A stretch of DNA of 64,000 nt from Camelus ferus (Eukaryota). The DNA lies in NCBI RefSeq assembly GCF_009834535.1, contig NC_045697.1:112904001-112968000 (forward strand), written 5' to 3'. The notes below the pieces were generated by a model, which did not search any database, was not told the origin of the DNA, and saw nothing but the letters and a program-made list of their open reading frames with translations. Position numbers and translations under genes: made by a program. Positions 51,917-64,000 of the stretch are shown piece after piece. Position 1 is the stretch's first letter, and each line of letters opens with the position of its first letter.

Positions 51917-52396
51917 TAGAGAAATAATCTTAATTTTATGAAAAAAAATGATATTGCTGGTGATGCTTCAAAGAATAGTTTCAGGAGAAAAAAAATTCTG
52001 AAAGCATCTGTAAGATACAGGAAGTTGACTACGATTGGGAAACTATTCCAGCAAGTCTGAACACGGTCATCAGTGAGGTCCTGGCTTCAATCTGTTTATG
52101 ATGAATGACTTTTTCATGTCAGTTAAAAAAAAATATCAGAGCCTCAGACAGCACTAGACCCCTCTTTTCAGTGCTGAATTATCAGATGGCATTAACGGCC
52201 AATTTTTCTTTTTCAAATGAGAAACTGCGGGTAAGCCAGGAGGGACCTTCCTTTTTATCGTGCGCTTCTCTCTGGAACCTCTACTGCAGCACTTGTGACT
52301 TGCAGAAGTTGGGGTGATTTATTTTGTAAACTTTGTTTTCATCACCGTCGATAATAGTCAGACGTGGTCCTGAACTCAGCATTACCGTGTTTAGGG

Positions 52397-52609
52397 CAAG
52401 GGTAAGCTGACGTTTTCCGTGAAGGTCCAGGTAGTGACCGTGGTGGTCTTTGTGACTACGTGGCGTCTGCAGCAACTCTCCGTGTCTGTGGTTGCGGTGC
52501 AAACGCGCTCGAAGTCCTGCATAGACAAATGCATATGGGTGTGTGCCAAGAGGACTTCATTTACCAGAACACGCAGCGGCGAGGACTGGGCCATGGTTTG
52601 CTGGCCCTG
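52397..52609. mobile_element. MER58A hAT-Charlie element
   Basis: ttttccgtgaaggtccaggtagt...gtctgcagcaactctc...catagacaa...gtgtgccaagaggacttcatttac...gtttgctggccctg follows the MER58A layout. Confidence 0.75.
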
Positions 52610-54372
52610 ATCTAGCAGGGTATCTTTGAGTGGAGGCAGAAAGAGAAGAGGTTCAGAGGACTTAAAAAAGTACCAGCCACTCATAATGTATAATTCGTTA
52701 GGTTTCCGTGGCTCCAAAAATAAATATTACAACAAAATGCAGTGCTTTAGAAACCCAGATTTGCTTTCACTGGTTGCTTGTGTAATAAGTCATGGCTTGT
52801 TGACTGAACAATTCTCTGAGTCAACAAACATCTACTGACCAACACTCTACTGGCAACAGATATGATATAAAGCATACTAAGCCCCGATCCCAGGACCTGC
52901 ACGTTTGGAGAGAGGAGATGTCTCGGGCTTTCGTATTAAAGAGCGGGCTCAGAAGATTTATTTGCTCCCCACAGAGTCAGCCTTTGACACGAGCTCCCAC
53001 AGAAACACAGCTACTTCCTAACTCAGTTCAGGGGAAGACGGACACTGACTTGAACTTCCCTGCGTTCTCATCCAATCACTCCCACCCAAAGGACTCCTGA
53101 AGCCAGGCTTCCTCTTTGCTTACTTTATTTTTACTTAAGAAAAGGAGACCCAAAATACTAGTGTACTGTGTCATACTTCTTTATTTTGAGGTTAGAGGCG
53201 GGTTGGGTTTCAATTCCTGTATCTGACTGCAGTAACAAACTGACCAAATTTCATTTCCCCTGGGGAGACAGCTGAGATAGATAAATATATTTTAAAATCC
53301 ACTGTTTAAAATGCATGCTTCTGGAGAAGAGGGCACATAGACCTAAAAGGAAAGGCCAGGGGCAGCAATTCAGACATCCTTCCAGCCACATTTAAACTGT
53401 GACTCACCTCAAAACAGTAACTATTCAGGTATTTGGGGAACATGGCCTTCATATTTCTAACAGATTTCAAGCAATCGTTCTAATCAAATTTATCAACAAC
53501 TTCTAACAACTGGTTAAATCATAAGAATTGTTGAAGGGTTAAGATTTGAATTCATGATCTGGCGGTTTGAAAAGCTTATCTCATCCAATGAGAAAAACGA
53601 ATTAGTTTTTTTTTTTAATGTAAAGATGAGAATAATGAAGATTTCACAGACTGAATCGGCAACACCAGAAGTCGCAGTAATTCAGTAGACTAGCTCAACT
53701 TGGAATTCGTCGGATGTAGTAATTAACGTCTTAAAAGTAGGATTTACTGTATGTAAACTTTATGTAAGCAGTAATTTTTGTGACTTTTAAACAATGATGA
53801 TTATTGACAGTTTAGGCCATTTGTAACCGAAGATGTGTGTATCTTCCTAGGAAATTCTTTGTAATATTACCAAGCTAAAACCTTCTATATTCACTTAAGT
53901 CCATGGTAACACGTTAAAATTTTTCATAATTCTTCCATATTGGTGGAATGCCATATGTACTAAATTACACGCCCTATAAAACTGTCATCAAAATAAAGCA
54001 AGTTATCAGATTACAATAGTTCTTCAAATACTAAGCCATAACTTCTATATATTAAAGCAAGTTTGTGCTCATGGACACCGACCATTAATAGATTAAGGTG
54101 AGGACATAGCTTAACAGTGGTGCTGTTAAAATTGGCTTCGGTGTAGGAATGAGGTCATGGTGCATTTCTGATGCATCAGTGTCTAAAATCTTATAAAGTG
54201 ACTTAAGAGTCCAGCAATGACTATGCCAGACTCAGGTTCAGCACGAGGTGGAAGTGAACTGCGTTGCATTCTAAATCCGCGGTTGCAGTTTCTAATCCAG
54301 CCTGGGCGGCGCGGGGAGGAGGATGCTGGGCGCCCTCCGAGAGGTCTCACCAGGCTGCTGTGTGCTCCCCAG

Positions 54373-54553
54373 GATCTGCCACTGCGAAGGGGATGAGGAG
54401 AGCCCCCTCATCACGCCCTGTCGCTGCACCGGCACCCTGCGCTTCGTGCACCAGTCCTGCCTCCACCAGTGGATCAAGAGCTCGGACACGCGCTGCTGCG
54501 AGCTGTGCAAGTACGACTTCATCATGGAGACCAAGCTGAAGCCGCTCCGGAAG
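54373..54553 (+). CDS. MARCHF1: MARCHF1 RING-CH (C4HC3) exon, 181 nt
   Basis: Acceptor tgctccccag|G ATC TGC and donor CGGAAG|gtacgt. Encodes ICHC...PCRC...FVHQSC...W...CELC, the RINGv pattern, in phase with both upstream exons. Confidence 0.97.
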
Positions 54554-54639
54554 GTACGTGTCGCCGGGGCAGCTGCGCCGGGCAGCCCCAGCTACGCAGG
54601 CTTGTTTTCAAGACCCCTTTTCCTGATAAGATTTTTGTT

Positions 54640-55160
54640 TTACATTTTTTATTGAAGTGTAGTTGATTGACAATGTTAGTTTCAGGTGTACATTATAGTG
54701 CTTCAGTTACACACATACACACATACATGTTTTCTTATCATTATAGGTTATTACAAGAAATTGAATATAGTTCCCTCTGCTATACAGGAGGTCCTTGTTT
54801 ATTATATATAGTGTGTCTGTTAACCCCCAACCCCTAATTTGTCCCTCCCTTCCCTTTCCCCTTTGGTAACCATAGTTTGTTTTCTAAGTCCGTGAGTCTG
54901 GTTTTGGTTTATAAATAGAAATTGTATCATTTGTTTTTGAGATTCCACATCTAAGTGATATCATATGATATTTGTGTTTTCTCTGTCTGACTCACTTCGC
55001 TCAATGTGATAATCTCTAGGTCCATCCATGTTGCTACAGATGGCATTATTTCATTTTTTATGGCTGAATAATATTCCTGTGTGTGTGTGCACGCGTCTGC
55101 ATGTGCGTGTGTGTGTGTATCACATCTTCTTTATCCAGTCATCTGTTGATGGACATTTAC
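54640..55160 (-). mobile_element. L1 3' fragment beginning about 90 nt after the RING exon donor
   Basis: attgaagtgtagttgattgacaatgttagtttcaggtgtac...tctgttgatggacattt; flanking ataagattttt/ataagctttt. Confidence 0.9.
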
Positions 55161-56966
55161 CCAATAAGCTTTTGCTAACATGCTAATATCCCCTAAGAAT
55201 CCACAGCTTTTGCTGAGCTCAGTATGTAAAATGTAGCCAAGTATTTGCAGGTAATCCTCCCTACTTCCCTGTTTAGATTCTAAGGACTCTGATTTTTTTT
55301 TAATCACTTTTTAAAGTCGAAAAAACCATGTGCATGTGTGTGTACTATGTGTATGTATATGTGTATATGTGCATGTGTGTGTGTGTGAAAAATATACTTG
55401 TAAGTCAGTGTAACAATTGATGGGATCTGTGAGAACAGTCTACTTACTGAAGTCAGTTCCCAAGAAAGTTAGATAAGAGATCACATAGATTAAATAATGT
55501 GAACTCACCTGATTTCTTAAAAGCCAGGCATTGGGTAATAGAGAATGATCTCTTTTATAAAGTGTGGACTCCTTTTTGTGTTGGCCTTTATTTGGGGGTT
55601 TGGTTTGATGGTTCATGTATAATCAGAGTAGATAGAATCAAAAAGTATCACTTTTCCATATTGTACATGGAGCTGTAAGAAAGGTAAGTATTTTTATCTA
55701 TAAACTTAATTGTCAAATTCCTCATTTCTATTATGTTTTTCTAAAGAAGGTAAGAATCTGAGTTAAATATAAAAGTTAGCATCTAACTCAATGCTGGAAA
55801 AGGAGAGCTTGTAAAGGATACAGACAAAGGCAATGAACTTTATATAATTTATGCATGATATAGCTGGGACCCTGGATTTTAGCATGTAACTTACCCATAT
55901 TTTTGGCTTACTGCAGCCTTACATATAAGGATTCCTCAATTTCCAAAGGACAGTGTGGAGACAGCAAGTTAAATAACATATCTGCCTAGAGCTGCTTTTT
56001 CATTTAAACTTACTGCAGAGCAAAAGTGGATGAAAAGAACGCTGCTTGGAAGTAAACATGATGGGTTCCAGGATAAGCAAACAAGAATACTCCAGTAGGC
56101 ATCAATTTGGTGGCTGACCACTGCAGTTTTTCATTTATCCTTAAATAACAGAGAGGGAGGACAGCCGCCCCTGCTTTTGCAGTAGCTTTGATTTTAAAAC
56201 TCTGCCAATGATTTATAGATGTCAGAACTGGTCCACAAAATGCCAATTCCAACCAGTTGGGTTATGGATTGCTTTTTTTTTTTAACATGGGGGGTGCGCT
56301 GAGTGTCCACATGTGACAGTCTGTTCCTCTAGGTCCCAAAGCAATTGATGCTGGAAATAGAAATGGACCCGCTCCGTGCCCTTCACGTTATCCACCGAAG
56401 GATGCTGTGTGCTGTCTGGAGTAGCTAAAGGACACACTGTGCTCTGTGATTCTGTACATCTCTCTTCTTCCCCCTCAGGGAAGTACAAATTGCTTCATAA
56501 CATCTGTATAGTTCTCCATTTTTTCTCAAGCAACATCTATATAAGATGTTCCCCTCAACTTCGTGGAGCATCACTTGAGCACAACAGTCTAGGACAGTGA
56601 AATCTGCGTGTTTCCTCTTCTTCTTCCTCTCTAGCCCCACCACGTGATGCTGTAGGGAACTTGGAAAGTCTCCTTGTTGCATCTTGAGCCTTCATAGAAA
56701 CCCCCTGATGTACAGCTCTGAGCCTTTCTTCATGTTCCATCCTCAATAACTTGCAATCCTATCAGGAGACCCTTTTCCCCTCAGCCAGCCAGTTTACAAA
56801 CCAGAGACAGGTGGCAAACACATCTCTTTTTCATCTTCTTACTGAGCAGTATGTTGCAGCAACCTAGTGGGCACCTCCTATTTGTTGATTAATGAAATAT
56901 CCAGGTTTATTTTTCAAAATGTTTTGTTTGGTCACAAATAGTGATGAAGAGCAGCATGTCAGTGTC

Positions 56967-57350
56967 CTTTTTTTTTTTTTTAATTTTTTGATTGGAGTGT
57001 AGTTGATTTACAATGTTAGTTTCAGGTGTACAGCAAAGCAATTCAGTTACGCATATAGATGCATGTGTGTTTTTCCTTTTCAGATTCTTTTCCATTATTT
57101 GTTATTACAAGAAATTGAATATAGTTCCCTGTGCTATACTAGAGGTCCTTGTTGTTCATCTATTTTATATACAGTAGTGTGTATCTGTTAATCCCTAACC
57201 CCTAATGTATCCCACTCCATCCTCTGCCCTTTGGTAATCATAGTTTGTTTTCTATGTCCATGACTGTGGTTTTGGTTTGTAAGCAGAATTTAAATCATTT
57301 TTTAAGATTCCACATCTAAGTGATATCATATAATACTTGTCTTTCTCTGA
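56967..57350 (-). mobile_element. L1 3' fragment
   Basis: Poly(T) then gtgtagttgatttacaatgttagtttcaggtgtacagcaaag...agattccacatctaagtgatatc. Confidence 0.9.
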
Positions 57351-58702
57351 AAAATCAATTTTTAATTTTTATTTTATTTTTAGATACATAAATTTCTATT
57401 TTTAACAGCATTTATGTATCTACAGAGGATGTCAGAGTCTAATCCTGCTTCCTGATGGCCCCACAGGTGTGTTTCACTTGACCTGCTGAAAATCTGAACT
57501 AGTTACCAATATTTAAATGTGTGATTATTTCACATAAGATTCCACACACCTGTAATTATTTGAAAACCCCAGTATGTGGCTTTACTGGAACCACACTCCC
57601 TAAGATGACCACCAGTGTGGCCAGGGGTGACCCTTTGAAAGGCCATTTCAGCTCTAGGCCCCCGCATCTCTCAGCTCTCCCTCCTTCTGAGCCCAGAACC
57701 TCAAACCACTTCCGCTCATCTGAGCACCTCTGTGGCTCCAGTGAATGGATCTGAATTTTCAACTCCTGGTCTAACACAGTCCTAGGCATGAAAAACATGT
57801 GTGTTATTTCTGCCTCCGTGATTTAAGGGCCTTAAAAGCTTAGAAGAAGGATTCTGCACTCTTCCTCCTTGAAATGATGGGGCCCTGGGTGACCCCCAGG
57901 AGATACTTAAATGACAGTATCCAAAATGACTTGTCAGATTCTGAGCCTTCATGTACACACACGAAGCATTTTTAAACGTTTCTAGATGGTGTATTTTCAT
58001 GGCACTAAGATTCATCCACAGTTTTCTTGTGGTGGTTTTTAAGTGGTGATTAAGAATGACAGGTATAGCGTTTTGTTAGAATATATTCAAAGTACATCCA
58101 ATTAATGGCTCTCAATTCAGTAATTCGATGACAGTTTATCATGTTCTAAAGACCAACCACATGAAACAATTAATTTAGCTAATGATTCTGAATTTCTATG
58201 ATTTAGCCAATGGAGGCCAGCGAGTCTGTTGAGATGAAATGGTTTCTTAAAGTAGGAACGTGCAAATCTGCCTAGTCTGATGAAACCTGGGGCTTAATAG
58301 CCTCTTAAGATATCAGTAAACCTGACTTTGTTCATTGCTACTCTTCCTACCCCCAAATCTACAGTCAGTGAATTCATCAAGGTATCCTAATGTTTCCCAA
58401 AGAAAATCTTTAAAGTCTGAATGAAATCAAGGACTGATTTGAGAAAATGCCATTTTCATTATCTTTAAGTCAGTAACTCAGTTACTTCTATTATATTTCA
58501 TAAACATCTTATTGATCTACTGAGTTACCAAGAGTCAGAAATCATTCTCAGGGCCCAGAGAAGTCAAAAAGTCAAAAATATAGGAAGCTCAGTGACGACT
58601 CAGTGCTGTTGGAATGGCACACAATCTTGGTTAGGGTGCATAAACTAATCTTTTCTGAAACAGAAGTATTGTAGGTCTGAATCTCTCCTGAATGGGAGAC
58701 AC

Positions 58703-59221
58703 TGATATAGGAAAAATGGGGTGTGAGAGGATGGCTGTGTCCCTGGTCTCAGTTGAGTCCTTGGGATGTGCCCCCGCCAAGTGAGGGTCTTGGCTTTGCT
58801 CAGGGGAGAATTCGTAAGTGAGCCATAGTTGAGTGAAGGTAGATTTATTCAGAGAGATACACACTCCGTAGACAGTGTGGGCCATCTCCGAAGGCAAGAG
58901 AGAGTGACCCCAAGGTGTGGGGTTGTTTGTTTTTATGGGGTTGGTAACTTCATATGCTAACAAATGGGAGGATCATTCCAATTGCTTTGGGGAAGGGGAT
59001 GGGAGTCCCAGGAAATGGGGCATCACCCACTTTTTGACCTTTTATGGTCAGCGTTGGAACTGTCACGGCACCTTTGCGAGCACCATTCACCATGCTAATG
59101 AATTACAGTGAGTGTAAAATGAAGCTCAAGGTCTGCTCGGGGCTGACTCTTCTGCCATCTTGGTGCTCGTTGCTGGTCGTTCCTTTAATGGCTGTGCCCT
59201 GCCCCCTGCCCCCCTGCCCCA
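58703..59221 (-). mobile_element. Solo ERV1-type LTR (about 519 bp)
   Basis: TG...CA termini with near TSD acac/aaac; antisense AATAAA (tttatt about 58844) and TATA-like ttttatg. Confidence 0.72.
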
Positions 59222-60326
59222 AAACCAGCTGCTCGACATGAATCTAAACTCATGAGGACAGCAAATGCTTCTGTCATGGTATGTCCTCCCCAAAAGAGTC
59301 CTCTCTGTATGTGGTTTTCCATTTATAAACCATTGGACAAATATATAAAATATGCCACTCTGTGTATTCTTTAATTCCTTGTCTCATTTCTAGGAATAAA
59401 ATGAAGCAGTGAATCGATTCAGTTACCTTGGCTTTAGTAACAATTAGGTTGAACAATATGCTCCTGTCCATTTTGTAGCTGAAAAAAAGACGATACTGGA
59501 AAGCTCATAAAATCTAAGTTCTGTGTGAACTTATTATGCCAAATAAAAAGGAATAATCATTTTGGTATTTCTACATTTCCACCGAAATGACTTACCATGC
59601 TTTAGATGAGATACCTGTTTAAAAAAAACAAAGAACCGTATTTAACAACTGCTCTGTTAATTTCCTCCTCTTCTGATGGAGCAGCTGTCTTTTAGAAGAG
59701 CCAAGAGCCACTGCAAGTTACTAACAAGTCGCTACCCCGAGGGTGTTATGTATTCTCTGCTGGCTGGAGATCTGGTAGTCTGTAGCCTTAAAATTGGACA
59801 GGGCAGGAATGCGATCAGATTCCTAGCTAGAGCTTCTAGCACCTGAGTGAATACTCATACGTAATCATACATAAGAGAAATTCAAAATGCCTTGTTTACT
59901 TGCCAGCGTGAGCAATTTGCAGTTTCGCTGATACAACCACAGTCAGTTCTGGATGAACCTCCGCACGACTCTCTTTAATCTTTGGCAGGAGTTTTAGTGG
60001 GTGTGGTCATGCTGGTGACATCCTGGGACCCCTGGAGTTCTCCTGCTTCATTCTGTTTTACTCCGATCACTTGGGGTTAAAAGCTAAGAAAGCCCTCAGT
60101 AAACATTTTGATGTCTCCTGGCTATTACCCCACAACTGGAACCCAGTTCTGGGGGAGTAGGTTTGCTGTTTTATTTCTTCACAAATATATACACCTGGAA
60201 AGCAATGAAAATCTCTACCCTGATAGGAGGTCAGGCAAAGCTTTCTTTATACTTCTTGCAATATATCTACCCTCATAATGCATGCTTGTTCTCCCATCTT
60301 CTTGCTGAGTTTCAGTTCCATTTTTT

Positions 60327-60481
60327 AAACTTTTTAAAAAGGTTTTATTTAATTTATTTATGAGGGGGAGGGAGGTAATTAGGTTTGTTTGTTTGTTTAT
60401 TAATGGAGGTACCAGGGATTGAACCCAGGACCTTGTGCATGCTAGGCATGCACTCTACCACTGAGCTGTACTCCCCTCCCC
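60327..60481 (-). mobile_element. Vic-1-type SINE
   Basis: gggattgaacccaggaccttgtgcatgctaggcatgcactctaccactgagctgtactcccctcccc; TSD gttccattttt. Confidence 0.92.
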
Positions 60482-62831
60482 TCGGTTCCATTTTTATATG
60501 AGCCCTAAGGGCAGCCTTGGTGATGGGGGGTACTCTTAGGATGATTTTGTTTTCAAACTCACACTCCAAGGTCAGGGAAGTTTTCCGCAGCAGGTTTCTC
60601 ACTGTCCAGTGGTGCCAGTGTCTCAAGCCCAGTCCGCCCCTTACCTTCCCGTGGCTTCATTCTGTGGGAATGAGGGGCTAGCGGGTCTCTTAGCTGATGT
60701 CTGTGGGGGGAGGGAGAGCCTCAGTCAATCAGAAACTAACAAAAAGAAGATGACTGAGAGAAAAGCATTTGACTTCAGTTGGAGCATTCCCTTTCCCACG
60801 AAAGTGCTTTTCTCGTTTGTTTTCTGTTTGTTTGTTTTACTGCCTTACATTTGCGCTTTCAGAACTACACTTGATATTTCAATTAAAATAATATTCCAGG
60901 GTGAGTAGATAACAATGCCAACACGTTTCTGTCAAAGGATCATGAGATGGAAACTACAGGTGTCACCTGTATTCTTCTAAGAGGTGCCTGGGAGTTGTCA
61001 CATGGCCTCATCTTTTTGTCTTTTGAGGAAACACGAGCAGGTCGAAATTTCAAAAACAAAGAACAACTGTTCTGTATTATAGAATAATTTGTTCTAAATA
61101 GAGACATTCTTCTCTGGGCAGCAGCAGATCTTACTCTTCTGTGAAGCTTCCACGCACAAGCACGGGCCTCCCTCCAGGCAGATCTGAGCCCACACAGGCA
61201 GGAAGCTGTGTTTGAGTGGTTGTTCTGCGAAGGCGCCAGTGGTGCCAAGTTCAGCCATGCGCTCCACGCACCAGTGTCCGCCGTGTGCCGGGGCACTCGG
61301 TGGTGAGCCAGGTTGAAGACTCCTGCTCTCAGAGAGCACAGAGCCCACTACAAGAGGGTTGGAAAGGGATGAATAACTTACAATATTTTGTAATAAATTT
61401 GCAAGTCATGGTAGTCAGTGGGCAATGGTGTGGTAAGCCACAATTTTCTGGAATCGGAATAGGAAAGGTAATTCAGAGAGAGGCAGCCACCTTACAGTTG
61501 GTCATTACTTAGGAGACCATCATATCAAAAGATTTTTTTTTACGATAACTGTAAACAAATAGCACAACGACTGTCTTTCCTCTTTCGTTCGCCATGCTTC
61601 ACATCAGCTAGGCTCACCAAGAAACATCACCAAGCATCAGCTGGACATCCAGGACACTGGGGAGAGAGGACTGGGGGTAGAGGACAGGATTTGGTAGCTC
61701 TCTCAAAGGAGACCTAAGTAAACAACCCCTGAATAACACTGTTGGATTGGAAAGTTGTCTTCAGTCCTCTCTTACGTGAAGACCCAACTGTATACTAATT
61801 TAGTTCAGTTTCTCTCTTTGAAAATGACCCCTGGAAGAACATAACCTCACTAGGTTGGTCAGAATGTCACCTGGTGTTAGTAGTCTAGATATGAAAAGAA
61901 ACTAAACATATATCCTATTTGCTATTGAAGTCTTTGGCTGAACACGGTTCCACCCTTGGGAAATCCGTTTTTATTTTGATAAGGATAAGGGAATCAGAAT
62001 AGAAATTCTTTTATATACTGTGTGTTTTGATATTTGAAATATAAAGTATGTTTAAAATGATGGTACCATATGGAAAGCATGAAAGCATCAAAATAGAATG
62101 TGCAGAAGCAAACACAAATGTGCACATGTGCACACACACATGCACACACTCATAGTTACAAATAAAGATTTCCCCAAAGCATCATCTTATGATGGAAGGC
62201 TTTTTCAAGGGGAAAGAAGTATGTTTGTCTTTCATTTTTATTTTTCTTAAGATGGTGGAGTGATTGAGTTTTCAGTTACTTTCGTATTTAAATTTTCCTC
62301 CAGCTAAAGGTTTTTCTCTCTTGGCTGAGATATTTTTCTTCATTCATTATTCCAATGTCTCATATCTTGGCATAAAATATTAAAAAAAATTCCCTAATTT
62401 TTTGGTTTAGTTTTTTGAAATATAAGGCATTGGGAATTAAGATGGCTTTTTTTCCCACTGTGTCATCCATTGGCTTTATTGGGTGTGTGCGATGTTGTTA
62501 TGACAATATGGCTTTTTGAAAAAAGTTTTAAACCAAATCAAATTCCTTTTCTATCGGATTGACAAGTAAAGGAGGAATGAGGGAGACTTTGATACGATCT
62601 TTCTGGGAGGATGGTGTCTAGCCTGACTGTCCACGCAGCAACATGCATGTGGGTGCCATCAACATTATAATAAGTTCAATGACTGAAAGATCTCACTGCA
62701 AAAGAGAACTAATCTCTCACATGCCGGCTTCCTTCCAGTTTTCTACTCTTCTGTAAATGGTACCTTCAAGCAGCTCTTTTCTTGTTTCCCACACAGATAC
62801 TCCACCCACGGCCTCATCATAGCAGTGCCGT

Positions 62832-63593
62832 TGTTGCCAAAACACAGCCTCTGGACCTCACTTACCGAATTAAGACTTGAGGACAGAGTTTTGGATGAAG
62901 TAGATAAGGCAGCTTTATTTCTTTGCAGGCAAAGGAGGTCACAGTGGGCTAGTGCCTCTAAGTCTGTGAGCCTGCTGGGGAGAGAGGGCAAGGGTTTTAT
63001 AGTAAAAAATTCAAGAATTCAAGGGGTGGAGCTGGTTTCCATAGAGATAGCATACAGGGTAATAAATTGTTCCAAAGTTGTTCTTGCTTTTGCAAATGCA
63101 GTGATCCCCTTCCCTCGGCTGGATATGAAGTTCATCTCTGGCTCTGGGACTCTCTTAATATTCTTGTGCCCAGAACAAAGGGTGCCTAGGAAGGGGCTCC
63201 ATGGAAAAGAGCTCTAGAGAAATCTTGTGCAGTTTAAAGTCAGGTTAATAAATGCTTTTAGCTTTTTGAGCAGGCTGAGGCCTGAGACCTCCTGCTGTAG
63301 GCTGAGGGCTGCAGCTTGAACAATAGGACACAAGGAAACCACAAGGAGTCAAGAGAAGGGCACTGCAGTCCAGAGCAGAGCACCAGGGTCAGGAGCAGGG
63401 CACTGAGCATGATCCCTGCACACAGCACCACGAGGAGGTTGGGCAGACCACTCAAGCCTTCCTCCTCTCCAGCTCAACCCTGGTCAGCAAAAGCATGAGA
63501 AAAACCTTGAAACTATGATACAGTTAGGCAGTTACAAAGACCACTGTAGATGTCGGATGGTCACTGATGACAACAGGGTCCTGCTCGGTTACG
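62832..63593 (-). mobile_element. Solo ERV1-type LTR (about 762 bp)
   Basis: Starts TGTTGCC and ends gggtcctgctcggttacg (same terminus as the 32904-33375 LTR); TSD ccgt/ccat; antisense AATAAA and TATA (ttttatag). Confidence 0.75.
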
Positions 63594-64000
63594 CCATCGT
63601 CTTGCATAAGATGCTTTGCCCTAAATTAGGCTGCTGTACCCACCCTGCCACGGGTACACCAGAATGTGCCCCTGAGAACTGTGCAGCATGAAATATTATA
63701 AAACGTCGGGGAAGTGGGTCAGGAGGCAGAGGCACTGGGCAATCCATACCCAGTTCTGTTTTCCATTCTCTCTGGTAGAGAAATGGGTGATGGGCAGAGA
63801 GGAGAGTTAAGCTGTGCTCCTCTGACGGAGGTCCCTCCACACGGAAACAAGAAACAAAGAAAAGGGGTTTCCCTCGAAGACAAGGGCACTTTCCTTGTAA
63901 GGACCTCCCTCCAGGGGACCCCACCCTCCACTCCCAAAACACAGAGGACCCTGTCATCCAGGAATGAACGTTTTAAAATCCTCTTTTAAGTGAAATACAA

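Larger units (their letters stand above)
1..64000 (+). other. MARCHF1: Internal part of the MARCHF1 transcription unit (introns plus coding exons listed below); gene extends beyond both window ends
   Basis: Exons with canonical AG/GT boundaries and compatible phases splice to [87 protein letters not shown], which I recognise as MARCH1. The N-terminal and transmembrane exons were not found in the window. Confidence 0.93.

Noticed and set aside
54554..64000. Next MARCHF1 exon (WEKLQMTTSERRKIFCSV...)
   Set aside because: Not seen in the sequence or ORF track; presumably lies beyond the window.

Overview
Mammalian genomic DNA, very probably camelid (alpaca/llama/camel), judged from repeated copies of a tRNA-Ala-derived SINE of the Vic-1 type and Cetartiodactyla-style L1 3' ends. 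The window lies inside the MARCHF1 (MARCH1) RING-CH E3 ubiquitin ligase gene on the + strand. It contains: the internal start of the short isoform (ATG 21631, [37 protein letters not shown]); the shared 80-nt exon 21742-21821; a 762-nt symmetric cassette exon 22102-22863 (long isoform); and the 181-nt RING-CH exon 54373-54553. I did not find the upstream or transmembrane exons here. The rest is intron filled with L1, L2, L3, MIR, MLT/ERV LTRs, MER DNA elements and SINEs. Repeat family names are from recall, not a RepeatMasker run, and boundaries are approximate unless a TSD is quoted. I see no convincing wholly new system. The best leads are a 149-nt hairpin whose transitions all favour G-U pairs in the sense RNA (3669-3817), the cassette exon that re-supplies the first RING zinc ligand, a 95% GC3 RING exon in an AT-rich intron, and an enhancer-like block at 8.4-8.7 kb.
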